From a phage: a stretch of DNA of 64,000 nt. The notes below the pieces were generated by a model, which was given only the letters and a program-made list of their open reading frames with translations, was not told the DNA's origin and searched no databases. Positions within the stretch are counted from its first letter, which is position 1, and every line of letters starts with the position of its first letter. The stretch is taken from sequence record PZ496581.1. The stretch is one strand, 5' to 3'. The translations under genes and the position numbers were made by a program. Of this stretch, positions 32,173 to 41,178 are shown one piece after another.

Positions 32173-32636
32173 AAAGAGTCTCTTAATAGGTTTAACACGT
32201 CAATAAATTCATCTTCAGTTAGTATTGTATCATCTTTTGTTAGGTGGCTGGCCATGCTGTGCTTCAAAATTTTTCCTTTAGAGGCTTGTAAGGCATCACG
32301 AAACCCCTTGTTTTGGATCGCGGCTTCAAAATATGCATTTGTGTATAATTCTTTCCACGCTTCGGAGTATCTTGAAAATGGAACTCCTAACCAGAAGAGA
32401 GTCCCACTGTCCTGAGCTCTTGCGTAAGACCTTCCAGCTTGCTGTGCAGCCAATCCAGACAACCCAAATATACGTCTTTGTTGTTCAACATTTTTCACCT
32501 TACATCCTTGGAGAAATCCTTCAAGACCTCCGAATTGAATACCATCCATAACAAAAGGCCATTGAGCAAAGTTACTTAATGCACATGACGGCCATTTGAA
32601 ATTACTTCTTATTTCTAATTCAGACATCTTTAACAC
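32169..32636 (-). CDS. NADAR / YbiA-like (DUF1768) family protein (30.3-like position)
   Basis: 155 aa ORF with the family signature ..ALSNFAQWPFVMDG..GLEGFLQGCK.. resembling E. coli YbiA; ATGA overlap with the HAD-like gene. Confidence 0.7.
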   Translation of the reverse strand: MLKMSELEIRSNFKWPSCALSNFAQWPFVMDGIQFGGLEGFLQGCKVKNVEQQRRIFGLSGLAAQQAGRSYARAQDSGTLFWLGVPFSRYSEAWKELYTNAYFEAAIQNKGFRDALQASKGKILKHSMASHLTKDDTILTEDEFIDVLNLLRDSL

Positions 32637-32838
32637 TTATAATTTCAACATCAGCCCAATGTCCGTATCCAGGTATACGGTCTTCGATAGATAAATTTCT
32701 GTCATTTTTAGGCATTTTAATTGACGTAACGTATGGTTCTAAACGGTTTTCCGCGTAATATGGAAAAACGTCGGTTACACGATAAGTAACTTCAATCATT
32801 TCCGTACCAAACAATTTCTGGATTAATTTATTCAACAT
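32620..32838 (-). CDS. Hypothetical protein
   Basis: 72 aa ORF in the operon-like 30.x array, overlapping its neighbours. Confidence 0.5.
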   Translation of the reverse strand: MLNKLIQKLFGTEMIEVTYRVTDVFPYYAENRLEPYVTSIKMPKNDRNLSIEDRIPGYGHWADVEIISVKDV

Positions 32839-33025
32839 GTTTCAACCCTTTAATAGGAGATAACTCTTTACCCATACGTATGTCAGAAGTCCCATCAACC
32901 CATTGAACAGCATACGCTTCATTGATAATTCCAGCGGCAGTTTTAAATTCGTTGAGAACTTTAAAAATCATCCCAGGAATTCCAACACCTTTTAATTGGA
33001 CTGTTTGTGCTATTAAAAATTTCAT
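32828..33025 (-). CDS. Hypothetical protein
   Basis: 65 aa ORF in the 30.x array; possible sigma70-like -10 TATAAT upstream (33040-33060). Confidence 0.5.
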   Translation of the reverse strand: MKFLIAQTVQLKGVGIPGMIFKVLNEFKTAAGIINEAYAVQWVDGTSDIRMGKELSPIKGLKHVE

Positions 33026-33079
33026 ATTTTTCCACTTACTAAAGAAATCATTATACTCTAATCCGTCCTTGGATGTACA

Positions 33080-33694
33080 CTACTTAATGAAATTAATTTC
33101 TACCGGATGAACAACAGGTTGAGCAGTGATATATTGAGTAATTGCTTTCATGACTAGAGCTTCAGAACCAGGATTTTTCTCAACGAATTCACGTGCTAGG
33201 TTATGAGCTTCGAGTTCACTCAATAAACCGGAACGCTGGCATCCACGGTCTTGAGTACCCTGTTCAGATAAAAGGACTACTACATATTTTTCATCGTCGT
33301 AGGGCTTAGCCAGTTGAGCAAATGTTCCTTTACTTCCAAAAGGAGAGTTATGTCGCCACATCACGCCGTGAGGAGTTTCAACCTTCGTATATTCGTGCGG
33401 TCCATTTTTCTTAGTTTCTTGATGTGGAACTTCATAGACCTTAGGGTTAGGACATTCAATAAAATGCTCATCTAAATCGGTCGAGAATATTAAAGTAAAA
33501 CAATTACTGAATTTACCAACACCGGCCTGATAAATTTTACCTTCAGAAGTTCTAATTTCACAAACTGAGCCGGCATCAGTAACTTCTAAAACTTCAAAAG
33601 GCTCAATAAGGTCATATGAGAACATGTTTTTAAGGCGTGGAGTAATATCCCCATTTTTAAAATTCATTTTATAAAAAGTATTAACTTTAAACAT
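33080..33694 (-). CDS. Hypothetical protein (204 aa)
   Basis: ATG 33694 with SD GAGGAA; a hairpin (tgggagc-cgaa-gctccca, 33703-33720) lies just upstream. Confidence 0.6.
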   Translation of the reverse strand: MFKVNTFYKMNFKNGDITPRLKNMFSYDLIEPFEVLEVTDAGSVCEIRTSEGKIYQAGVGKFSNCFTLIFSTDLDEHFIECPNPKVYEVPHQETKKNGPHEYTKVETPHGVMWRHNSPFGSKGTFAQLAKPYDDEKYVVVLLSEQGTQDRGCQRSGLLSELEAHNLAREFVEKNPGSEALVMKAITQYITAQPVVHPVEINFIK

Positions 33695-33729
33695 AATTTC
33701 CTCAGTGGGAGCCGAAGCTCCCAATTAAT

Positions 33730-34095
33730 TTAGATATCAAATTCGTTAAGAACTACATCAAAGATTGCTTCGAGATGTTCAGGTTTAGCTCGGTTACTCA
33801 GGATATGACGAATCCAAGTTTTAACCAGAAGTTTACGATTAACACCATTCCAGCAAGGATGAGTACCTAAATCACGCTGACGGAAATCATCATCTAATGC
33901 AATTTTAAAATTTGAACCTTCCATCGTGATTGAAACCGTGATACCATTTTCAAATCGCATATAAACGTAATTAGGAGTCATGCACTGTTCGATTTCACAA
34001 ACTGTACCGTTTTCGTGTTTCCATAAGCAAATAACTTCAGAAGAACCAGCAATACCGTTAGAAACATATTTACGTTCGAAGTTGGTGTAGTTCAT
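33730..34095 (-). CDS. Hypothetical protein (121 aa)
   Basis: ORF with its own early-promoter cassette and SD. Confidence 0.6.
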   Translation of the reverse strand: MNYTNFERKYVSNGIAGSSEVICLWKHENGTVCEIEQCMTPNYVYMRFENGITVSITMEGSNFKIALDDDFRQRDLGTHPCWNGVNRKLLVKTWIRHILSNRAKPEHLEAIFDVVLNEFDI

Positions 34096-34134
34096 TTTAT
34101 TCTCCAGATGTTTAAGTTGTTTGTTGGTACAGGT

Positions 34135-34166
34135 CTATAATAACATAACCTGTACCAAAGTAAACT
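34135..34166 (-). promoter_or_regulatory. Early promoter cassette (GTTTAC-N17-TATTAT)
   Basis: Minus-strand GTTTAC (34160-34165) and TATTAT (34137-34142). Confidence 0.65.
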
Positions 34167-34169
34167 GTT

Positions 34170-34538
34170 TTATGCAACTTTAATCCAATTGTCTAAATTT
34201 AAAACACCTTTGGCTTTCATTTTTTCTATCAGGTTATCTGCTGTAATGCGTCCATTTTGATACCATGTAACATCTTCAGAGTAACCAGTTTCTTCGTCAA
34301 CATATGTTTCTGAACGAATTTTACCGGTAATAATAGTTTTTAATTCGTATGTGTCACCTGTGAAAAAGTTTGCTAACACAATTTTCCAAGAGAAATCATC
34401 AGAAGGACCTTCAGGGGTCATACAACCTACGAACTCAAATTGCTCTTTGTATAACATCCACTGGAATTCTTTAATTTCGATAGCTTTATAACCATCGTGG
34501 TCTTTACATTTGATGTATGAGTTCAGATTGATTTTCAT
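34170..34538 (-). CDS. Hypothetical protein (122 aa)
   Basis: ORF with its own early-promoter cassette; SD GGAGAA. Confidence 0.6.
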   Translation of the reverse strand: MKINLNSYIKCKDHDGYKAIEIKEFQWMLYKEQFEFVGCMTPEGPSDDFSWKIVLANFFTGDTYELKTIITGKIRSETYVDEETGYSEDVTWYQNGRITADNLIEKMKAKGVLNLDNWIKVA

Positions 34539-34579
34539 TTTGTTCTCCAGGTTGTTTTATTGATTAGATGGTACAAGTC

Positions 34580-34611
34580 TATAGTAACACATCCTACAGG
34601 AGAGTAAACAT
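34580..34611 (-). promoter_or_regulatory. Early promoter cassette (GTTTAC-N17-TACTAT)
   Basis: Minus-strand GTTTAC (34605-34610) and TACTAT (34582-34587). Confidence 0.65.
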
Positions 34612-34645
34612 CTTTTTAAACTTTTTCTGCCCTAAACGCACAAAA

Positions 34646-34663
34646 GGGAGACCGAAGTCTCCC
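34646..34663 (-). terminator. UUCG-tetraloop terminator (GGGAGAC-UUCG-GUCUCCC)
   Basis: Minus strand hairpin followed by UUUUG, 6 nt after the stop of the 59 aa ORF; identical 18-mer recurs at 50673-50690 and 59033-59050. Confidence 0.8.
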
Positions 34664-34668
34664 TAAAA

Positions 34669-34848
34669 TTATGCAACAACCTTTCCAAAACGAGAAGCAT
34701 CATCTCGAAGAACTGCACGTGCTCTGCGCATGATCTTCTCAACTGTTTGATTAATACGAGAGTTCGACCCACGCTTGTATCCAGCGCGTTTAGAGGTACC
34801 ATCAACTTTCTTTTCAACTGCTTTCTTTGCTTTAGCTTGTTTTGCCAT
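34669..34848 (-). CDS. Unlisted small basic protein (59 aa; 30.9-like position)
   Basis: MAKQAKAKKAVEKK..RAGYKRG.. Lys/Arg-rich ORF just under the 60 aa cutoff; followed directly by a strong terminator; overlaps a listed ORF in another frame (34632-34817) that has no such support. Confidence 0.55.
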   Translation of the reverse strand: MAKQAKAKKAVEKKVDGTSKRAGYKRGSNSRINQTVEKIMRRARAVLRDDASRFGKVVA

Positions 34849-35143
34849 TATAAATTCTCTTTAAATGAAAATGCAGGACTTATTGACATTGCCTGCGCAA
34901 GCCCTCAAGGGGAACATAGGTTTTGGATATTTAACGACAGGATAACCATAAACCCGTCATCATACCAACCACGACTTAGACAGATAACCTTTTTCTGACG
35001 CGTGATAGTACAAAATACATTCAAGAGGTACACCGTAAAACTGCCGGGGCCTTAAAACTATAATGATTCGCAAATCATTAATCAGACAGTTCGACGGCTC
35101 CTCGATTTTCTAGCCGCACTTAAGGTAGCGAATCACCTAAAAC

Positions 35144-35392
35144 TTATTTAAGGGTAATAACAAAATGACGTACTGCTTTACGAGCTGCAGAAGCCAAAGG
35201 CTTAGCATATTTCAGTTCATCTTTTGCTTCCAGTTCAGAGGCCAAAGCTGCCTGTACCGGGTTCAGATGTTTGAAATAATGCAGGATTTCCAGTGCTTCG
35301 GCTTCAACATCAATCGACGCGCCGTAGTTTTCGTGACCGTTATTCCATGCGTTTCGTTGCAGTTCAAGAGCGTGTTGTAATTGTTTAATCAT
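35144..35392 (-). CDS. rIII: rIII lysis inhibition accessory protein
   Basis: 82 aa ORF; T4 RIII is 82 aa; position immediately downstream of gene 31. Confidence 0.85.
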   Translation of the reverse strand: MIKQLQHALELQRNAWNNGHENYGASIDVEAEALEILHYFKHLNPVQAALASELEAKDELKYAKPLASAARKAVRHFVITLK

Positions 35393-35508
35393 TTTAAATT
35401 CTCAATTCGAGATAATATTTAGTAGCCACGTTCGTCTGAATTTCACCTTCTTTCGACAAGTCTCTCAGTTGTAGGCTACCGCTTAGAAGAGTGTTCTCTT
35501 CATATAGT

Positions 35509-35516
35509 TATTTATA
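35509..35516 (-). promoter_or_regulatory. Late promoter (minus-strand TATAAATA) upstream of rIII
   Basis: + strand tatttata between gene 31 stop and rIII start. Confidence 0.6.
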
Positions 35517-35849
35517 TCACTTATAAAGACACGGAATAGCTTTATAGTGGCATGTTACGAATTTCTGTTTAATTTCTTTAGGTTGTTTAAGTCCCAAAGC
35601 CACAAATGGATGTGGAACATTTCGAATTTGTCCAACTGGTAGTGGAGTCAAATCACCGACTTCAACAAAACCTTCAGGAACATCAGGACCTACAGAATGA
35701 ACTACACATAGTTCAGGAACTTCACCTTGAACACGTTTACCAATCACAAGTCCTGATTCGGTAACTTCTTCATCACCTGCTTGAGCGGGTTCAGAAACCA
35801 GAATGACATATTCACCAACAGCACGAATTGGGAGTTGTACTTCAGACAT
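35517..35849 (-). CDS. 31: Co-chaperonin gp31 (GroES analogue)
   Basis: 110 aa ORF near-identical to T4 gp31 ([60 protein letters not shown]..). Confidence 0.96.
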   Translation of the reverse strand: MSEVQLPIRAVGEYVILVSEPAQAGDEEVTESGLVIGKRVQGEVPELCVVHSVGPDVPEGFVEVGDLTPLPVGQIRNVPHPFVALGLKQPKEIKQKFVTCHYKAIPCLYK

Positions 35850-35877
35850 CTTATTTCCTTGTTGTTTGACGATAGAT

Positions 35878-35906
35878 TAATAATACCATACTATTCGTAA
35901 AGCATA
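35878..35906 (-). promoter_or_regulatory. MotA-dependent middle promoter upstream of gene 31
   Basis: Minus-strand MotA box ATGCTTTA (35898-35905) with 12 nt spacer to -10 TATTAT (35880-35885). Confidence 0.6.
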
Positions 35907-36215
35907 TTACATAAGAAGCAAACGTTCTACCGGAGTACCATCAACCGAAATTACTTTATCAAGGCGGAAAGAACGCCACTGACCTAACTTGGTATCGAAT
36001 GCTCGAACTGATTCACGAGGTTCAGAACGAACTTCTGTTGCCGGATTGTTATTTTCATATTTGACTTCAAGTTCATCACGAGAAGCAAACATCGTACGAA
36101 CATCACCGTTAGCCTTTTCAAACACAACACAATGAACGCCTACAGACAGAATAGTTTTAATACGTTCACGAAGAACCATAGTTTCTTGTTCAGTTAAAAT
36201 CATATTATTCACCAC
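35907..36215 (-). CDS. Hypothetical protein (31.1-like position)
   Basis: 102 aa ORF overlapping the cd stop by 11 nt. Confidence 0.6.
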   Translation of the reverse strand: MVNNMILTEQETMVLRERIKTILSVGVHCVVFEKANGDVRTMFASRDELEVKYENNNPATEVRSEPRESVRAFDTKLGQWRSFRLDKVISVDGTPVERLLLM

Positions 36216-36786
36216 AAAAGTTTCGAATTTGTTCCCAATTCAGAGAACGAAGATTATTACGAGAGTACTGAATTACTTCAATACCGGCTTGTTTTAGAAT
36301 GTCTGCCCAATTTTCAGGAGATCGGTCATATAATTCTGCATATACAACCTTTTTAATACCTGACTGTGTAATAGCTTTAGTGCAATCAGGGCACGGAGAA
36401 AGCGTAGTATATAACGTAGCACCTTCAATAGAATTACCTTTACGAGCTGCAAACAAAATTGCATTCAATTCAGCATGGATTTCGTTATTAGCAGACCATG
36501 CACTATGAGCGGCCCGATGTTCTTTAGCCAAAACAAAATTATCCACCCGTCCAAATGCTGTAGTGCCTTCTTTATGCCCAGCAACGATGTCCGGGCTTGG
36601 TTTATTCTTCAACCAACCGTTTTCGGATGCATGTTCGCAACAGTTTGTACCACCGGCCGGGCTACCGTTATACCCAGTAGAAATAATGCGCCCATCTTTT
36701 TCAATGACGGCACCAACTTTCCATGAACAACATTTTGATTCTTGAGAAATCAGATATGCAATCTGAAGGTATGTGCTAGCTTTCAT
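36205..36786 (-). CDS. cd: dCMP deaminase
   Basis: 193 aa ORF with zinc-binding deaminase motifs HAELNAI and SPCPDC; T4 Cd is 193 aa. Confidence 0.95.
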   Translation of the reverse strand: MKASTYLQIAYLISQESKCCSWKVGAVIEKDGRIISTGYNGSPAGGTNCCEHASENGWLKNKPSPDIVAGHKEGTTAFGRVDNFVLAKEHRAAHSAWSANNEIHAELNAILFAARKGNSIEGATLYTTLSPCPDCTKAITQSGIKKVVYAELYDRSPENWADILKQAGIEVIQYSRNNLRSLNWEQIRNFCGE

Positions 36787-37778
36787 TATTGAACCTTATT
36801 AATATGAGTTAACAGCTCTTTAGTTTGTTCCCAACTGATGCACGCATCGGTAACGGAAACGCCATAGGACATATTATCAGAAATTTTTTGATTTCCTTCA
36901 TGTAGGAATGATTCTATCATAATTCCTTTGACCAAATCATTAGCTGCTAAATTTTTACCAATACCAATTTGATTGCTATAATGCCCATCAGCGTTTGCAT
37001 GGCTACAGTCAACCATTACATAATGATTCAGACCTACTGCCCTTGCTTTGTTAGAAGCTTCTTGAATATCAGAAGAATGATAGTTCGGGCCGTTGGTCCC
37101 GCCACGCAATACGATATGCGTATTCTGATTACCTTCAGCTTCAACAATGCCTACAGTACCATCGACGTCCATACCCATATACCGATGAGGCCAGGCGGCA
37201 CTATACATCGCGTCTGTAGCTACTTTAATAGAACCATTGGTTGCGTTCTTGAAGCCTACGCACATCGGTAGACCTGAAGCAATTTCACGATGTGTCTGAC
37301 TTTCAGTCGTACGGGCGCCAATAGCAACCCATGAGAAAATACCAGAAAGATACTTAATCGTGAATGGGTCTAATACTTCAGTTGCTAATGGAAGTCCCAT
37401 ACGTAGAAGTTTACGACACAATGTTCGTGCAACTATAAGACCGTGGTTCATATCAAAACTTCCGTCAAGATATGGATCATTTACAAGACCTTTCCAACCT
37501 ACGGTAGTTCGAGGCTTTTCAAAATAAACGCGCATCACTAACAGAACATTAGGAAGACGAGTTTGAAGTTCAGCCAAACGTTTGCCGTATTCAACAGCAG
37601 CAATAGGGTCATGAATTGAACAAGGACCTACAACAATAAGTTTGCGTGGGTCTTCACCGTTCATAATCGAATTAACTTGTTCGCGATGAGAAGCCACTTG
37701 TGATGCGTAAGCTTCCGACAAAGGAATAATCTCAGCCAGTTCTTTTGGAGAAATAAGTTTTCCGACGACAGGTAACAT
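36786..37778 (-). CDS. 3-deoxy-7-phosphoheptulonate (DAHP) synthase, class I (AroG/AroF-like)
   Basis: 330 aa ORF alignable along its length to E. coli AroG: ..VVGPCSIHDP.., ..MRVYFEKPRTTVGWKGL.NDP.., ..AIGARTTESQTHRE.ASGL.., ..ILRGG.., ..IESFLHEGNQ..; SD AAGGA; stop overlaps the cd start (ATGA). Confidence 0.9.
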   Translation of the reverse strand: MLPVVGKLISPKELAEIIPLSEAYASQVASHREQVNSIMNGEDPRKLIVVGPCSIHDPIAAVEYGKRLAELQTRLPNVLLVMRVYFEKPRTTVGWKGLVNDPYLDGSFDMNHGLIVARTLCRKLLRMGLPLATEVLDPFTIKYLSGIFSWVAIGARTTESQTHREIASGLPMCVGFKNATNGSIKVATDAMYSAAWPHRYMGMDVDGTVGIVEAEGNQNTHIVLRGGTNGPNYHSSDIQEASNKARAVGLNHYVMVDCSHANADGHYSNQIGIGKNLAANDLVKGIMIESFLHEGNQKISDNMSYGVSVTDACISWEQTKELLTHINKVQ

Positions 37779-37898
37779 AACAATCCTTAGGAGATATAAA
37801 CAGATTCTGATTCAACAATACCTTTAACCGGATTAGACAGGCTAAGTTGGTAGTGCTCAGATTTATGACCATTCTCGATAGTAATTAGATAGCTCTCA

Positions 37899-38135
37899 TT
37901 ATAGTGTTCCATATACTCGAGTTGCTTCAACTAAACCGTCACTGCCTAATTTAAGGCTAGTAATCTGGTCACCATCTTTAGGATTAACGATTATGAGAAA
38001 AGAACGTGGAGATTCTTGAATAACTCGTAATGTTGCATCCTGGAAACGTTCAGACACTTTATTGATGAGTGCTTGAGCAAATTCTTTTACTTTAATCTGA
38101 AATTCGTGTACTGTAATTGGGTTTTCACTTAGCAT
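37899..38135 (-). CDS. Hypothetical protein (cd.x-like)
   Basis: 78 aa ORF with early-promoter cassette and SD GAGGAAAT. Confidence 0.55.
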   Translation of the reverse strand: MLSENPITVHEFQIKVKEFAQALINKVSERFQDATLRVIQESPRSFLIIVNPKDGDQITSLKLGSDGLVEATRVYGTL

Positions 38136-38162
38136 TTCGATTTCCTCATTGTGTTGGTAGAG

Positions 38163-38195
38163 TCATAGTATCACAACTCTACCATGTTGTAAACC
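38163..38195 (-). promoter_or_regulatory. Early promoter cassette (GTTTAC-N18-TACTAT)
   Basis: Minus-strand GTTTAC (38189-38194) and TACTAT (38165-38170). Confidence 0.65.
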
Positions 38196-38196
38196 A

Positions 38197-38472
38197 TTAA
38201 ATTGCTTTGCATTCAATTTTTTGTGTACCGAAATTGATATCACATTGGATAACTAAATCGCCGTCAAGATCAAATACCACGATGACGTGTGCAGACCCAG
38301 GGAGAAGAGTAATAGCAATAGAATCTACTTGGTCTGGGAGCAAAGCATTGAGTACATGAGTTACTTGAGCATGAACTCTGAGTTCGGCTGCATTATCAAG
38401 CACTTCAAACATATTATTAGCAATAATCTGACTGAAGACTACCTTTACAATTTCAGAATAAGTTGGGAACAT
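38197..38472 (-). CDS. Hypothetical protein (91 aa)
   Basis: ATG 38472 with SD GAGG; the listed ORF start at 38532 overlaps the upstream gene. Confidence 0.55.
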   Translation of the reverse strand: MFPTYSEIVKVVFSQIIANNMFEVLDNAAELRVHAQVTHVLNALLPDQVDSIAITLLPGSAHVIVVFDLDGDLVIQCDINFGTQKIECKAI

Positions 38473-38479
38473 AATTACC

Positions 38480-38704
38480 TCAGTGTACAGTGTGCACTTT
38501 AACTCGAACAACAAATCGCTCGGTTGGTTCACCTACAGGAACAAACTCTACATGATATTCACCTTTGTAACGAGTATTCAGATCATTACGAATTCCTGCG
38601 AGTTTGTTGATTAATGTAGGACTCATATTAAGTCCCACTAGTTTACGAAGCATTTTGTATGCTTCATCTTCGATTTCATGATGTTTATCATACATAGTTT
38701 TCAT
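38480..38704 (-). CDS. Hypothetical protein (74 aa)
   Basis: ORF in a tight array of overlapping small early genes. Confidence 0.5.
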   Translation of the reverse strand: MKTMYDKHHEIEDEAYKMLRKLVGLNMSPTLINKLAGIRNDLNTRYKGEYHVEFVPVGEPTERFVVRVKVHTVH

Positions 38705-38875
38705 TTAACCATTCAATTGCTTGGTCAACACTATCGAAAATAGCACCATCCAAACGTTCTTCATGCTCATAGTCCAGCACATCAATACCGAACTGTCCAT
38801 TTACTAAAGGCCAGGCTACAAACAAATATTCTTTATGCTGTTCGATGGCCTCAATCACTTCATATAATCGTTTCA

Positions 38876-38876
<1 letters not shown>
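38688..38876 (-). CDS. Hypothetical protein (62 aa)
   Basis: ORF whose start overlaps the pseT stop. Confidence 0.5.
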
Positions 38877-39962
<1,086 letters not shown>

Positions 39963-39963
<1 letters not shown>

Positions 39964-40262
39964 TATTTTATTCCTAAGAAAGTTTCAAGAATACGAATGT
40001 TATGCTCGCGCCGGTCTTTATTAATTTCAGCAACGTTTTTATTAATTGACGTACTTCTAACGTTTGAAGAAATAAATTTAATCATATGACTTTTGAGTTG
40101 TTGCAAATCCAACCCTTTTTCTTTAGCAGCTTTACGAAGAGCTTTACCTGCTTCATCTAGTGCCTTTGCTGCATCTTTGTCATAATCTACAAGTGTCATT
40201 CCACGGCAGATATCAATATACTCATCAGACCGTTTGATGTAATTCTCTAGTAATGTTTTCAT
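39963..40262 (-). CDS. Hypothetical protein (99 aa)
   Basis: Lys-rich helical ORF. Confidence 0.55.
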
Positions 40263-40319
40263 TTAGATTTCCTCAATTATCCATAGGAGCATTATACTCT
40301 GCTCCCGAGAGTTTGTAAA

Positions 40320-40544
40320 CTATTTTACTAAAGATTCAATATACTCATGAAGAGCTTTAGTCGCTACTGCCCACTTATTCTGATATTCATTTTTCAGATT
40401 AGCACGAGACTGAACTAACAAGCGGTCATTAGTCGGAGGCAAAGATTCTAATCGTTGAATCTGGCGTCCATAAATCATAGCCGCCATTTCAGATTCATAG
40501 ATAAGCCCTTTAATGTATTCATGCTGTTCTTTAGTCATTGGCAT
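40320..40544 (-). CDS. Hypothetical protein (74 aa)
   Basis: ORF overlapping the o-spanin stop. Confidence 0.55.
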   Translation of the reverse strand: MPMTKEQHEYIKGLIYESEMAAMIYGRQIQRLESLPPTNDRLLVQSRANLKNEYQNKWAVATKALHEYIESLVK

Positions 40545-40825
40545 TTTTCCTCTTTTAAACCACTACGATAATAACATAACATAGTCTTCTGGTCATGTAT
40601 ATATCTTTTTACGTCGTTTAACCAGATACGAAATTCTTGAGAGTCTTCAAATGGCATTCCAACCCACGGATTACCATCAATAACCTTTACTTGCCATTTC
40701 TGGTTATATTCAACAATAGATTCTGGCCATGGCGGATGTAAAGTTTCTTTAGGGCTTAAGGGCACATCCTGGGCACATCCAGCCAAAATACCAATAGATA
40801 ATACAACTGCGGTTAATTTAATCAT
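40535..40825 (-). CDS. Outer-membrane spanin (o-spanin lipoprotein)
   Basis: 96 aa ORF with lipoprotein signal peptide and lipobox (..LSIGILAGC..), further Cys residues; 4 nt overlap with the upstream i-spanin; matches the T4 pseT.3/pseT.2 spanin arrangement. Confidence 0.75.
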   Translation of the reverse strand: MIKLTAVVLSIGILAGCAQDVPLSPKETLHPPWPESIVEYNQKWQVKVIDGNPWVGMPFEDSQEFRIWLNDVKRYIHDQKTMLCYYRSGLKEEKCQ

Positions 40826-41178
40826 TCTGAGAGCTTCCTGAGGTCTTCTGCAAAGGAATCGAAGGACCTGTTGATTTGTTTTTCGACCAATCCTGGCTTA
40901 CTTGCCACCACGTTCTTCTTCTTCGAATCCTGACGGAGCTTTTCATTTTCGGCCTTAAGTTGGTCAACTAAAACACGGTTCTTATAAGTCATTTCTTCGA
41001 TTGACTGATATTGAACCTTGAAGTCGTCTAATACTTTAGCATTGTTTTTAGCGGCCTCTTTGACAGAAGCTAATTCAGTATTCAACGAATCAACTTTGTT
41101 GTTTAAGACAACTATTGTTACCGTAGAAACTAGAGCAAAAGCTGCTACTATAGCATAAATCGGATTTACTTTAAGCAT
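40822..41178 (-). CDS. Inner-membrane spanin (i-spanin)
   Basis: 118 aa ORF with N-terminal transmembrane helix (IYAIVAAFALVSTVTIVVL) followed by coiled-coil periplasmic region. Confidence 0.75.
   Translation of the reverse strand: MLKVNPIYAIVAAFALVSTVTIVVLNNKVDSLNTELASVKEAAKNNAKVLDDFKVQYQSIEEMTYKNRVLVDQLKAENEKLRQDSKKKNVVASKPGLVEKQINRSFDSFAEDLRKLSE

Noticed and set aside
34632-34817. Listed 61 aa minus-strand ORF (MKRKLMVPLNALDT..)
   Set aside because: It runs through the UUCG terminator hairpin and lacks an SD, whereas the overlapping 59 aa ORF in another frame (34669-34848) stops just before the terminator; the listed ORF is probably an out-of-frame shadow.
36786-37778. Possibility that the DAHP synthase gene is host contamination or a chimeric assembly
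   Set aside because: Its stop overlaps the dCMP deaminase start and it shares strand, spacing and SD style with flanking phage genes, so it appears to be an integral part of the phage operon.
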